DNA from: Nitrospinales bacterium
Lineage (GTDB): Bacteria; Nitrospinota; Nitrospinia; Nitrospinales; JAJDAT01
Direction: 5' to 3'
Assembly (NCBI GenBank): GCA_046757665.1
Contig: JBHHYO010000026.1
Coordinates: 1-31,933 of the forward strand
DNA length: 31,933 bases
Position 1 is the stretch's first letter. Every line of letters begins with the position of its first letter. This document shows, one piece after another, positions 17,086 to 24,873 of this stretch. The notes under the pieces were generated by a model. It saw only the letters and a program-made list of their open reading frames with translations. It was not told the DNA's origin and searched no databases. Both the position numbers and the translations under genes were made by a program.

Positions 17086-19797
17086 ATGCACCAAAAGGGA
17101 GTGGAAGCGTTTCCTTATTATGTAGGGATCAATTCGCTGGCCGAATTGGCGACCCCGCAGGATAAGGTTGTGGTTTTGAACATCCTGGGAAAGGAAAGCT
17201 CCGGGGTAACGCCCATCAGCCATGAATATTCCGGAGGCAATATCGTTTTCGGAACCGGGCCGGGGAAATCGGGCAAGTTTCTGGAGACCCGGCTGGGAAA
17301 AATCCCGGTTTACAACTCCATCAAGGAAGGCCGCGCCGCCGGGCACCGGTTCAATACGGTGGTGGTTTACCTGCCGCCCTCCGGGGTGAAGGATGGCGTC
17401 GCGGAAGCGGTGCGCCAAAACCCCGAATTGAAAAAAGTCGTTGTCCTCACCGAAAAAATTTCGGTCAAGGATGCGCGCATCATGCGGGCCATCTGCCAGA
17501 CCAACGGCGTGGACTTGTTCGGCGGTAACTGTTTGGGCCTGGCGGACTCATGGAACCACGTCCGCATCGGCGGCGCCCTGGGCGGCAGTCACCCGGAGGA
17601 GTCGTTGATCAAGGGCAGTGTCGCCATCTTCTCCAATTCCGGCAACTTCACCACCACCATCGCCGTGTACCTGGCTACTGCCGGCTGGGGAACCACCACT
17701 TCCGTGTCCAGCGGCAAGGACGTTTATATCCAGTACGGACCCAAGGAGTTCCTTTATGCCTTGGACCATGACGACCGCTCCAAGGCCGCCGTTTTGTACT
17801 GCGAGCCGGGAGGCTATTACGAGCGCGGGATCGAAAGTGAAAAACCCCTGGTCGCCTGCGTCGTTGGGCGTTGGAAAGCCAAGCTGACCAAGTCCTGCGG
17901 CCATGCGGGGTCGCTTGCGGGGTCCGGCGACGACGCGCTCGCCAAGGAAAGATGGTTTATGGAGTATTTCGGGGTTGACGGTATTTACACGCCGAGCAAA
18001 CCGGTGTTTTCCAAAAAGGGCGCTCTGGTCACCAATATCGCGCATATTCCCGAGGCGCTCACCCGCGTCATGGAAGCCAACAAGGTGAAACCCGATTTTG
18101 CGCCCCGGGGCAATCTTTCGCTGAAATGCTGGTTCGGCAACAATGGCGGACTGCCGTTGCCGAAGGAACTGGATGTGCCGGTGGTGCGGGCTCTGTCGCC
18201 TTATGACCAGCAAATCGCGCTGTTGGAAAAACAGGTGGGCGCTCTTTTCCGACGGGAAACCCTGAAAGATGCCAGCGGCGCTTCCATGATGGACCCGAAA
18301 ACCCAGGTCTCCAAAATCCACAATGTTTCCATCCTCGACGCCTCGCGCAAGTCTTTCGAGTCCAATCTGGTGTTTGCCCTGGTCAAACAATATCCCTGCG
18401 AGGCGGGCGAGGCGCTGGCCAATGTGGCGTTGAACGGTTTTGTCAACCTGCGCGGCCATGCGGCGCTCACCGCGGCGGAAGCGGCCCGGCAGAACGGCAA
18501 CTCGCCCAATACGGTGCTTGCCGCCGTTGCCGCCATCATGGGGAAAAAAACCGCCCGGGCCGCCATGGACGCCGCCGCGGCGCTTCTGGAACTCTTCCAG
18601 TTTTCCGAGATGCGCGACGCCATGGAGGATTTCGATTACGCGGACATTTTGAAAAACGCGGCAAAGCACAAGGAGGCGTTGCTTCCCCAATCCGGCGATG
18701 GCCGTGGCGAACTTATGGCCCGGGCGGCGGGCGCGGGCAACTCGGTTTTCATGAAGTTCTGCCTGGACTTCGCCAGGGAAAACAAGGTTGCCTTGTCCCA
18801 GGACACCGTGCTGGCGGCGATTTGGATGACGCTGGGATGGAACAGTTTAAAAACGAAACGCATTTCGAAGGAAACCCTGATCGCACTGCCCTGGTACTCC
18901 AAACTGTTCAGCGCCCTGGTCGGAGCTACGGCGCCTGCCGGCAAGCATGATGAAAACGCTTTTTGCGGCATGTCCATGGATGACCTCATCGGCAAATGCA
19001 GTTTCACGCGAACGGCATTCATGGCCCTGCTGGGGCGGGAGCCCAAGCAGGAGGAACTGTTCGAGTTCCAGGTTCTTCTCGGCTTGATCATCACCAACGG
19101 GCCGGGCACCATCTCGGCGCAGGGAGCCAAGGGCGCCGTCAGCGCCGACGGTCCCGAACAACCGGACCGCGTGCAGATCAACAAGGCATTTGTCGGGTTT
19201 CTGACCCACACGGGCTTTGCCCACGGCGGCAACGGCTACGAGGCCGCGGCGTTTCTGATCGAACAGTTTAAAAACACCTCCTTGAAAAGTCCCGCCGACG
19301 CCAACCACGGCATCGACCTGGACAAACTGGCCATGGATTACGCGCAATCCTACGCGGCTTACAAGAAAGAACAAAAGGGACTCGGCAATCTCAACTACGC
19401 CAAAATCCCGTGCGTCAACCATCCCGTGTTCAAGGGCAAACCGGTCAACGTGGACCCGCGCGAGGAGTTTGTCGGCAACCTGTTCAAGGAAAAAGGGTTG
19501 CACAATGTTTTCCTCGATTTTTATCACAGCCTCGTTCAGGCTCTTTTCAAGGCGGAAGTCAGCAGTAACGTTTATTGCGTGAATGTCGATGCCGTCATTG
19601 CCGTGATCATGCTGAAAGTGGTCTGGGAGGATTACAAAGCCGGCCGGTTGGCGGAAAACGACATCGAAACCGCCAGCTTTGCCACGTTCCTGTTTGGCCG
19701 CATGATCGGCTGTGCCGCGGAAATCGACGATCATCTGAATCGCGGACGCAACATGGATACGCGGACGCCCGCGAGCCGATGCACCTTTGTGGGCTGA
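17086..19797 (+). CDS. aclA: ATP citrate lyase alpha subunit, long (~900 aa) form
   Basis: CoA-binding/SucD-like N-terminus (GGNCLG, SNSGN), phospho-His GHAGS, C-terminal citryl-CoA lyase region (GFAHGG, VNHPVF, NVDAVI); GGAGG RBS before ATG 17086. Confidence 0.92.
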   Translation: MHQKGVEAFPYYVGINSLAELATPQDKVVVLNILGKESSGVTPISHEYSGGNIVFGTGPGKSGKFLETRLGKIPVYNSIKEGRAAGHRFNTVVVYLPPSGVKDGVAEAVRQNPELKKVVVLTEKISVKDARIMRAICQTNGVDLFGGNCLGLADSWNHVRIGGALGGSHPEESLIKGSVAIFSNSGNFTTTIAVYLATAGWGTTTSVSSGKDVYIQYGPKEFLYALDHDDRSKAAVLYCEPGGYYERGIESEKPLVACVVGRWKAKLTKSCGHAGSLAGSGDDALAKERWFMEYFGVDGIYTPSKPVFSKKGALVTNIAHIPEALTRVMEANKVKPDFAPRGNLSLKCWFGNNGGLPLPKELDVPVVRALSPYDQQIALLEKQVGALFRRETLKDASGASMMDPKTQVSKIHNVSILDASRKSFESNLVFALVKQYPCEAGEALANVALNGFVNLRGHAALTAAEAARQNGNSPNTVLAAVAAIMGKKTARAAMDAAAALLELFQFSEMRDAMEDFDYADILKNAAKHKEALLPQSGDGRGELMARAAGAGNSVFMKFCLDFARENKVALSQDTVLAAIWMTLGWNSLKTKRISKETLIALPWYSKLFSALVGATAPAGKHDENAFCGMSMDDLIGKCSFTRTAFMALLGREPKQEELFEFQVLLGLIITNGPGTISAQGAKGAVSADGPEQPDRVQINKAFVGFLTHTGFAHGGNGYEAAAFLIEQFKNTSLKSPADANHGIDLDKLAMDYAQSYAAYKKEQKGLGNLNYAKIPCVNHPVFKGKPVNVDPREEFVGNLFKEKGLHNVFLDFYHSLVQALFKAEVSSNVYCVNVDAVIAVIMLKVVWEDYKAGRLAENDIETASFATFLFGRMIGCAAEIDDHLNRGRNMDTRTPASRCTFVG

Positions 19798-19828
19798 TGG
19801 GAAGCGGCGGGAGCCGGGTTTGAGACAA

Positions 19829-20341
19829 TCAGTGAAACCGCTCGACCCGGAACCGGAACAACTCGACGGGATCGTTTTTCCGCAGGCCCGCCTTTTTCCG
19901 GCAAATGGTCATCTGCTCCTCCACGGTATCGATCCCCTCCAGATTGGGCAACAACACCGCTTGTTTGGTCTCACCTTTTAAAATGATTCCGTATTTTCCG
20001 GCATCCAGGTCGGAAACATCGTCAACTTTCTCCGGCGGGGTCAACACATCGACGGAAAACGTCAAGTCGGCCAGTTCCTTCCGGGAAACGGGCGGGAACC
20101 GCGGGTCCCGGGTGGCGGCGCTCACGGCGTTGCGGATGATCTCTCGGGCCAGGTCGGGTTCCGACGGCGTGATGGTGCCGATACAGCCGCGAAGCACCCC
20201 GTTCTTTTTGATGGAAACAAACGTCCCGCTTTTGCGTTTCATCGCTTCCGGCAGGTTTTTCGGACAGGGAAGCGGCTCTCCGTTTTCGAGATAGTATTTT
20301 ACCGCATCGATTGCCAGAGCCACATGGGGGTGAGGGGGCAT
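19829..20341 (-). CDS. AMMECR1-domain protein (AmmeMemoRadiSam protein A-like)
   Basis: GTFVS, LRGCIGT, AATRDPRF, SVDVLT, LLP, ICRKKAGL; GAGG RBS before ATG 20341. Confidence 0.92.
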   Translation of the reverse strand: MPPHPHVALAIDAVKYYLENGEPLPCPKNLPEAMKRKSGTFVSIKKNGVLRGCIGTITPSEPDLAREIIRNAVSAATRDPRFPPVSRKELADLTFSVDVLTPPEKVDDVSDLDAGKYGIILKGETKQAVLLPNLEGIDTVEEQMTICRKKAGLRKNDPVELFRFRVERFH

Positions 20342-20443
20342 CGCCGGAACCTCTTTTGGATTGCCATTCAACCTCAACTCATGATAGGCCGCAAATCGTA
20401 TTTCCGCAAGGCCGCGGCGCAATCGGCGTTGAAGGAGGGGATG

Positions 20444-20464
20444 AAAAAACCGGCGCGAGGCCGG
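20444..20464 (-). terminator. intrinsic terminator downstream of polyprenyl synthase
   Basis: Minus strand CCGGC-CTCGC-GCCGG followed by T6. Confidence 0.6.
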
Positions 20465-20499
20465 GCGGATCGCCGGGGGGGCCTGGCGAAGAAAAGGGC

Positions 20500-21531
20500 T
20501 TATGCCTGGTAAAGAGCGGGTTTCCCCGTAACATGCCGGTCGATAATGTAATCCGCCACCGCCAGCAACTCTTCAATGTGTTCCGGCGATTTGAAGGCCT
20601 TGCGGCAGATATCGGCCTTGGCGGTTTCGATGTAATCCCGGGCTTTGCCCAGGGTGTAGTCGAACGCCTTGGCGTCGCGCATCCGGTCAAGGATGTAGTC
20701 GAATTCGCCCTGGGAGATGTGCTCGTTTTTAACGAAACTTTCGATTTCCTTTTGCAGTCCCGCGTCCGCCTGGTTGTACAGGTAAAGAAGCGGCAGAGTG
20801 ACGTGGCCTTCACGGAAATCGGTGCCCACGGGTTTCCCCAGCAGTTCCTCGGTGCCGTCATAATCCATGACGTCGTCCACCAACTGGAAAGCGATCCCCA
20901 GGTTATTGCCGAAGGCGATCAGCCGTTCCTCTTCCGCCGCGTCGGCCTCGGCGAGAATGGCGCCGATCCGGCAACTGACCGAAATGATTGAAGCGGTTTT
21001 ACGGTAGATGATATCCAGGCAATGTTCTTCGGAAATGTTGAGCCGCCGCGCCTTGGACAGTTCCAGGATGCCGCCTTCAACCAGTATTTTCGCGGCCTCG
21101 GCGATGGCCTGGATGGTTCGGGGATTGGAGTCGTAAGCGATTAAGATCAGGGACTGGGAAAGCAGGAAATCCCCCACCAGGATGCTGGCGTCGCTACCCC
21201 ATTTTGAATTGACGGTTTCGTTGCCACGGCGGATGGTGGTTTCGTCGACTACGTCGTCATGGAGCAGGGTGGCGGCATGGATATACTCGATGGCGCAACC
21301 GTGCCTGGCGGCTCGCAGTCCGGCCGCCCCGCCGCAGAGATTCGCGCTGAGCAAAACGAGCAACGGACGCAGACGCTTGCCGCCGCCATTCATCAAATAA
21401 CCGCTGATTTCCGGAATCAGCGGAATGTTGGATGCGTAATTTTCCCTGATCTCCTCTTCAACCTTCAAAAGATCATCTTTGTAGAGAGAAATAACCTCGC
21501 TGAATTCCATAAATGGCCCAGAGTTTTGCAT
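20500..21531 (-). CDS. ispB: long-chain polyprenyl diphosphate synthase (IspB/HepT-like)
   Basis: GGKRLRP, LLHDDVVD...RRG, KTA, AFQLVDDVMD, GKPVGTD; alternative start 21510. Confidence 0.9.
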   Translation of the reverse strand: MQNSGPFMEFSEVISLYKDDLLKVEEEIRENYASNIPLIPEISGYLMNGGGKRLRPLLVLLSANLCGGAAGLRAARHGCAIEYIHAATLLHDDVVDETTIRRGNETVNSKWGSDASILVGDFLLSQSLILIAYDSNPRTIQAIAEAAKILVEGGILELSKARRLNISEEHCLDIIYRKTASIISVSCRIGAILAEADAAEEERLIAFGNNLGIAFQLVDDVMDYDGTEELLGKPVGTDFREGHVTLPLLYLYNQADAGLQKEIESFVKNEHISQGEFDYILDRMRDAKAFDYTLGKARDYIETAKADICRKAFKSPEHIEELLAVADYIIDRHVTGKPALYQA

Positions 21532-21621
21532 TCTCGGTTTTGGTCAAGGAGGTGCGGGGGATACGACAAAACGACTGTCGGAGAAGATTGTTTTTTTATG
21601 AATTTTCAGTGCGAAACCATT

Positions 21622-21650
21622 ACTATTATTAAAAACGGGGATTTTGTCAA
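21622..21650 (-). promoter_or_regulatory. candidate sigma70 promoter for polyprenyl synthase
   Basis: Minus strand TTGACA (21650-21645), 17 nt, AATAGT (21627-21622). Confidence 0.4.
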
Positions 21651-21667
21651 GCTTTTTAATTCCTTTG

Positions 21668-21739
21668 CCGACAGGTTGCGGAAAAAGTCTCGAACTCAGC
21701 CGCATGACAAGTCAATTGACTTTTTCCGCAACCCGTCGG
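21668..21739. mobile_element. 72-bp inverted-repeat element related to the 5787-5921 MITE
   Basis: CCGACAGGTTGCGGAAAAAGTC / GACTTTTTCCGCAACCCGTCGG (21 of 22 complementary), 28-nt spacer with CTCAGCCGCATGAC. Confidence 0.65.
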
Positions 21740-21756
21740 TTTGGAATACGCCGCCC

Positions 21757-22191
21757 TCAGCGCAATCGCGGGTTGGAAAAAAATGAGACGACGTCCTTGA
21801 CCGATAATATCCCGACGATCTTGTCATCGTCCGTGATGGCAAGGTGTCGAACTTTATTGCTGGCCATGACCGAATTGGCTTTTGTGACGGGTTCATGGCA
21901 ATCCATGGAGCAAATGGGTTGGGTCATGACCGAGGAAACTTTTGTATTGTGAGGATCCAATCCTTTGGCTACCGCCCTGCGTGTTAAATCCGATTCCGTA
22001 ATAATTCCCTCATAGTTCTCGTTTACCTTGACTAACAGGGATCCGATTTTCTTTTCATCCATTAACTGGGCCGCCTCGCTGATGGTCGCTTGTGAATCGA
22101 CACTCCATATCGTAGCATTCATATAATCGGCAATCTCTTGCTGGTTGGTATTGTGTTCTTTTGCATATCGGTGTGGGGTGTATTTGTCCAT
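21757..22191 (-). CDS. CBS-domain (tandem CBS pair) protein
   Basis: IADYM, ATISEAAQLM, GSLLV, GIITESD, VSSVM, VRHLAI, GILSVKD; GGAGGGAGG RBS before ATG 22191. Confidence 0.92.
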   Translation of the reverse strand: MDKYTPHRYAKEHNTNQQEIADYMNATIWSVDSQATISEAAQLMDEKKIGSLLVKVNENYEGIITESDLTRRAVAKGLDPHNTKVSSVMTQPICSMDCHEPVTKANSVMASNKVRHLAITDDDKIVGILSVKDVVSFFSNPRLR

Positions 22192-22360
22192 TGTAATACC
22201 TCCCTCCATAAATGTGGGGATGTGTGTGGTGTGCCATGAATGGTTTGAACATAAAATATAGATGGATCACCGGCGGGCCGGGATTTATTTTTTTAAGCCG
22301 ACAGCCGGAGAGATAAGTCCGGAAATCAAGCGGGAGGCGCGTTGACGCGAATCGGTTTCC

Positions 22361-23044
22361 ATGAAAATCAAACCTCTCCACTCCTGGGAGGTTTCGCCCC
22401 GGGACGCGGTGCAACTGCAAAAACGGCTCGCCGGAAAAGTTAAAACCGCGGCGCGGCGCAAGCTTCCGAAAATCGTTGCGGGCGCCGATATCGGGTTCGC
22501 CAGGGACTCCTCCGCGGCGTTTGCCGGAGTGGTTCTGCTTGCCTTTCCTTCACTGCGGGTTGTCGGCAAATTCATCCATGTGGGCGAAATCAAATTTCCT
22601 TACGTTCCCGGCTTGCTTTCGTTTCGCGAGGCGCCGATTCTTTTGGAGTTGTTCGGGAAGATTGATCCGGCCCCCGATCTTATATTTTTCGACGGCCACG
22701 GCCTGGCTCATCCGAGAAGACTTGGCTTGGCCTCCCACCTGGGGCTGTTTTTGAATCGGCCCACCATCGGTTGCGCCAAAAGCAAATTGATCGGCGTTTA
22801 TGACGAACCGGAAGGCGCAAAGGGTTCCTTTACTCATCTGCTGGACGAGCAAAACCGGGTTCTGGGCGCGGCCGTGCGCTCGCGCCGGGGATGCAAACCG
22901 ATTTTCGTTTCCGTCGGACACAAGATCGGCCTGTCCCAGGCTATCGAGTGGACCCTGCAATGCACCACCCGATACCGCATTCCGGAGCCTACCCGGCTGG
23001 CGCACAACCTCGTTACGGAATACAGGAAAAGCCGCTCAAGCTGA
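22361..23044 (+). CDS. nfi: endonuclease V (deoxyinosine 3' endonuclease)
   Basis: AGAD, FPYVPGLLSFRE, DGHGLAHPRRLGLASHLG, GCAKS, VSVGH, RIPEPTRLAH. Confidence 0.96.
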   Translation: MKIKPLHSWEVSPRDAVQLQKRLAGKVKTAARRKLPKIVAGADIGFARDSSAAFAGVVLLAFPSLRVVGKFIHVGEIKFPYVPGLLSFREAPILLELFGKIDPAPDLIFFDGHGLAHPRRLGLASHLGLFLNRPTIGCAKSKLIGVYDEPEGAKGSFTHLLDEQNRVLGAAVRSRRGCKPIFVSVGHKIGLSQAIEWTLQCTTRYRIPEPTRLAHNLVTEYRKSRSS

Positions 23045-23773
23045 TTTTTCGCCAACAACCAGGTAGCCGGAACCGGCATAAACCGTTTCGACTCGTTGCA
23101 CCACAAACCCGGCGCGGCGCACCTCGTCGCACAACTCGTCGCGGGTATATGCTTTCCAGACTCCGGTTTTGAGTTGGCGTTCGATAAACCGCAGTCCAAG
23201 CCAGAATGCCGGCGGATACAGCGCCCACTTGCTTGCCAGAAAAGCCCACGTTCCGTTTGCTTTTCTGACCTGCTCGAGGCTCTCGCGGATAATGCGCCTC
23301 GCATCATAATTCTTGGAAGGATTGGCCAGCGCCAGCGTTCCCGCGGGTTTGAGCGCCTTGCGGAAATTTTTCAGCGCCAGGAGGCGCGCCGCATCGTCGG
23401 CAACCGTATAAGTGGAAAAATGGGCGAGGATGACATCGACGGAGTTTTCCCGCAACGGCATGGCCTGCGTGAAATCGGCGCGAACGCAGTGGCCTTTTAC
23501 GTTCAGGGTCTTTATTCGAGCCAGTGTTCTTTCGACGCCGGAAGCTGTGACGTCCGTACCCAGATAACACTCGCCGTTTCTGAGCCGGTCCCTTAAAAAA
23601 ATCAGGGCCAGGCCAGAGCCGCATCCCGCGTCCAGCCAAAGCCGGTTCGGAGCCGCCCCGGCGCTTTCAATCGACCGGGCGATAGAGTGCAAGTAGGCCC
23701 GCGGGGCGAGAAGGTCGTACAACCGGGACCGAAACCCGACGGCCCAATATTTTTTGTATAATGATCGGATCAT
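23036..23773 (-). CDS. class I SAM-dependent methyltransferase
   Basis: WLDAGCGSG motif I, GTDVT, ADF, LKPAG post-II region. Confidence 0.85.
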   Translation of the reverse strand: MIRSLYKKYWAVGFRSRLYDLLAPRAYLHSIARSIESAGAAPNRLWLDAGCGSGLALIFLRDRLRNGECYLGTDVTASGVERTLARIKTLNVKGHCVRADFTQAMPLRENSVDVILAHFSTYTVADDAARLLALKNFRKALKPAGTLALANPSKNYDARRIIRESLEQVRKANGTWAFLASKWALYPPAFWLGLRFIERQLKTGVWKAYTRDELCDEVRRAGFVVQRVETVYAGSGYLVVGEKSA

Positions 23774-23791
23774 CTTGTATGATTAATTAAA

Positions 23792-23942
23792 GGGAACCTT
23801 TTGCATAAGCATCCTTGTTTGATCGTCATTGCGCGGCGGCTCAGCCGACGAAGCAATCCAAGCTTTCTGGATCGCCACGCCGCCGTAGCGGCTCGCGATG
23901 ACACCGGAGGCGGCGAAGAATCTCGACTTATGCAAAGGTCTC
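23792..23942 (+). mobile_element. MITE/REP-like element, copy 2, with both IS5-like ends
   Basis: Left GGGAACCTTTTGCATAAG (23792-23809), right CTTATGCAAAGGTCTC (23927-23942); internal GTCATTGCG...CGCGATGAC hairpin; matches 506-642; TAA-rich flanks. Confidence 0.75.
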
Positions 23943-23988
23943 TAACTCAAGCAGGCAAAAACGATGTTTCGCGCAAGGATGTGTCATT

Positions 23989-24423
23989 ATGGCCAAGAAA
24001 CCTTTTATCAACAAGTACGGTTTTGTCGAATACCCTTTCCTGCACGATCAGCGCAAGGCCGGCAACTGGTGGTTCTGGAATTTGCTGGAGGATTTTCTGA
24101 AACGCCGTGCCCGCCAGCGCAAGGGCCATGACTACACACGGGATGACATGGAAGAGGATTTTCGGGCCACTCTGCCGGAAACGACCTTGAAGTTTTACGC
24201 CATCGTTCCCTCCGGCATGGGAATGGAGTTCAAGCTGGTAGGCAAGTATGAAACGCAGGAACTGGTGGATATCGAGGACCCCGTGCCCTGGATCGCGGAA
24301 AAGTACGGCGGCGGTAAATTCAAGGTGAACATTTACCACCAGGGGACTTTCGCCGGAACCGAGAATTACAAGACCAAGGGCGATCCCAAATGGGTGGAAA
24401 TTCCCGACGAGTCTTTAACCTGA
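23989..24423 (+). CDS. hypothetical protein
   Basis: 144 aa, AAGGA RBS, GC3-biased codons like neighbours; no family recognised. Confidence 0.75.
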   Translation: MAKKPFINKYGFVEYPFLHDQRKAGNWWFWNLLEDFLKRRARQRKGHDYTRDDMEEDFRATLPETTLKFYAIVPSGMGMEFKLVGKYETQELVDIEDPVPWIAEKYGGGKFKVNIYHQGTFAGTENYKTKGDPKWVEIPDESLT

Positions 24424-24438
24424 CGGCAAACCCGACGG

Positions 24439-24873
24439 CTACAGTTCTTCGTCGGGGTTTTTGGGTTTCTGGATGGTGGGAATTTTGAACGCCAGGGAAT
24501 CCGGCGGCGCCGTCGCTCCCTTCCCCGCAAGGGCTTTTTTACCTCCCCGGATTTCCAGGCCGATCTTGATGACATCGCCGACCAGTTTGACGGGATAAAT
24601 CTTCGTTTTCATATAAGGGTTTTGCGGACACTCGCCGGTGAGCAGGTCATAGCGCCATTCGTGATTGGGACAGATAACCACGCCTTCCTCGATCCTTCCC
24701 TCACCCAGAGACGATCCCCGGTGCAGGCACTTGTTGGCCACCGCGAAATATTTTCCCTTGTAATTGAACAAGGCGATTTCTTCCTCCCCGGCGGTGACGA
24801 TCGCCGATTTGCCGACGGGCAAATCCTCTTCCTTCATGACGGTTACAAATTTGATCATTGGTTTTTCATCCAT
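24439..24873 (-). CDS. Rieske [2Fe-2S] ferredoxin (NirD-like) with C-terminal extension
   Basis: CLHRG and CPNHEW Rieske motifs; start 24873 overlaps tig end (alternative ATG 24858). Confidence 0.88.
   Translation of the reverse strand: MDEKPMIKFVTVMKEEDLPVGKSAIVTAGEEEIALFNYKGKYFAVANKCLHRGSSLGEGRIEEGVVICPNHEWRYDLLTGECPQNPYMKTKIYPVKLVGDVIKIGLEIRGGKKALAGKGATAPPDSLAFKIPTIQKPKNPDEEL

Noticed and set aside
23801-24100. 99-aa ORF, and 589-1017 ORF with similar AARDDTG start
   Set aside because: Both are read-throughs of the MITE copies overlapping real genes in another frame
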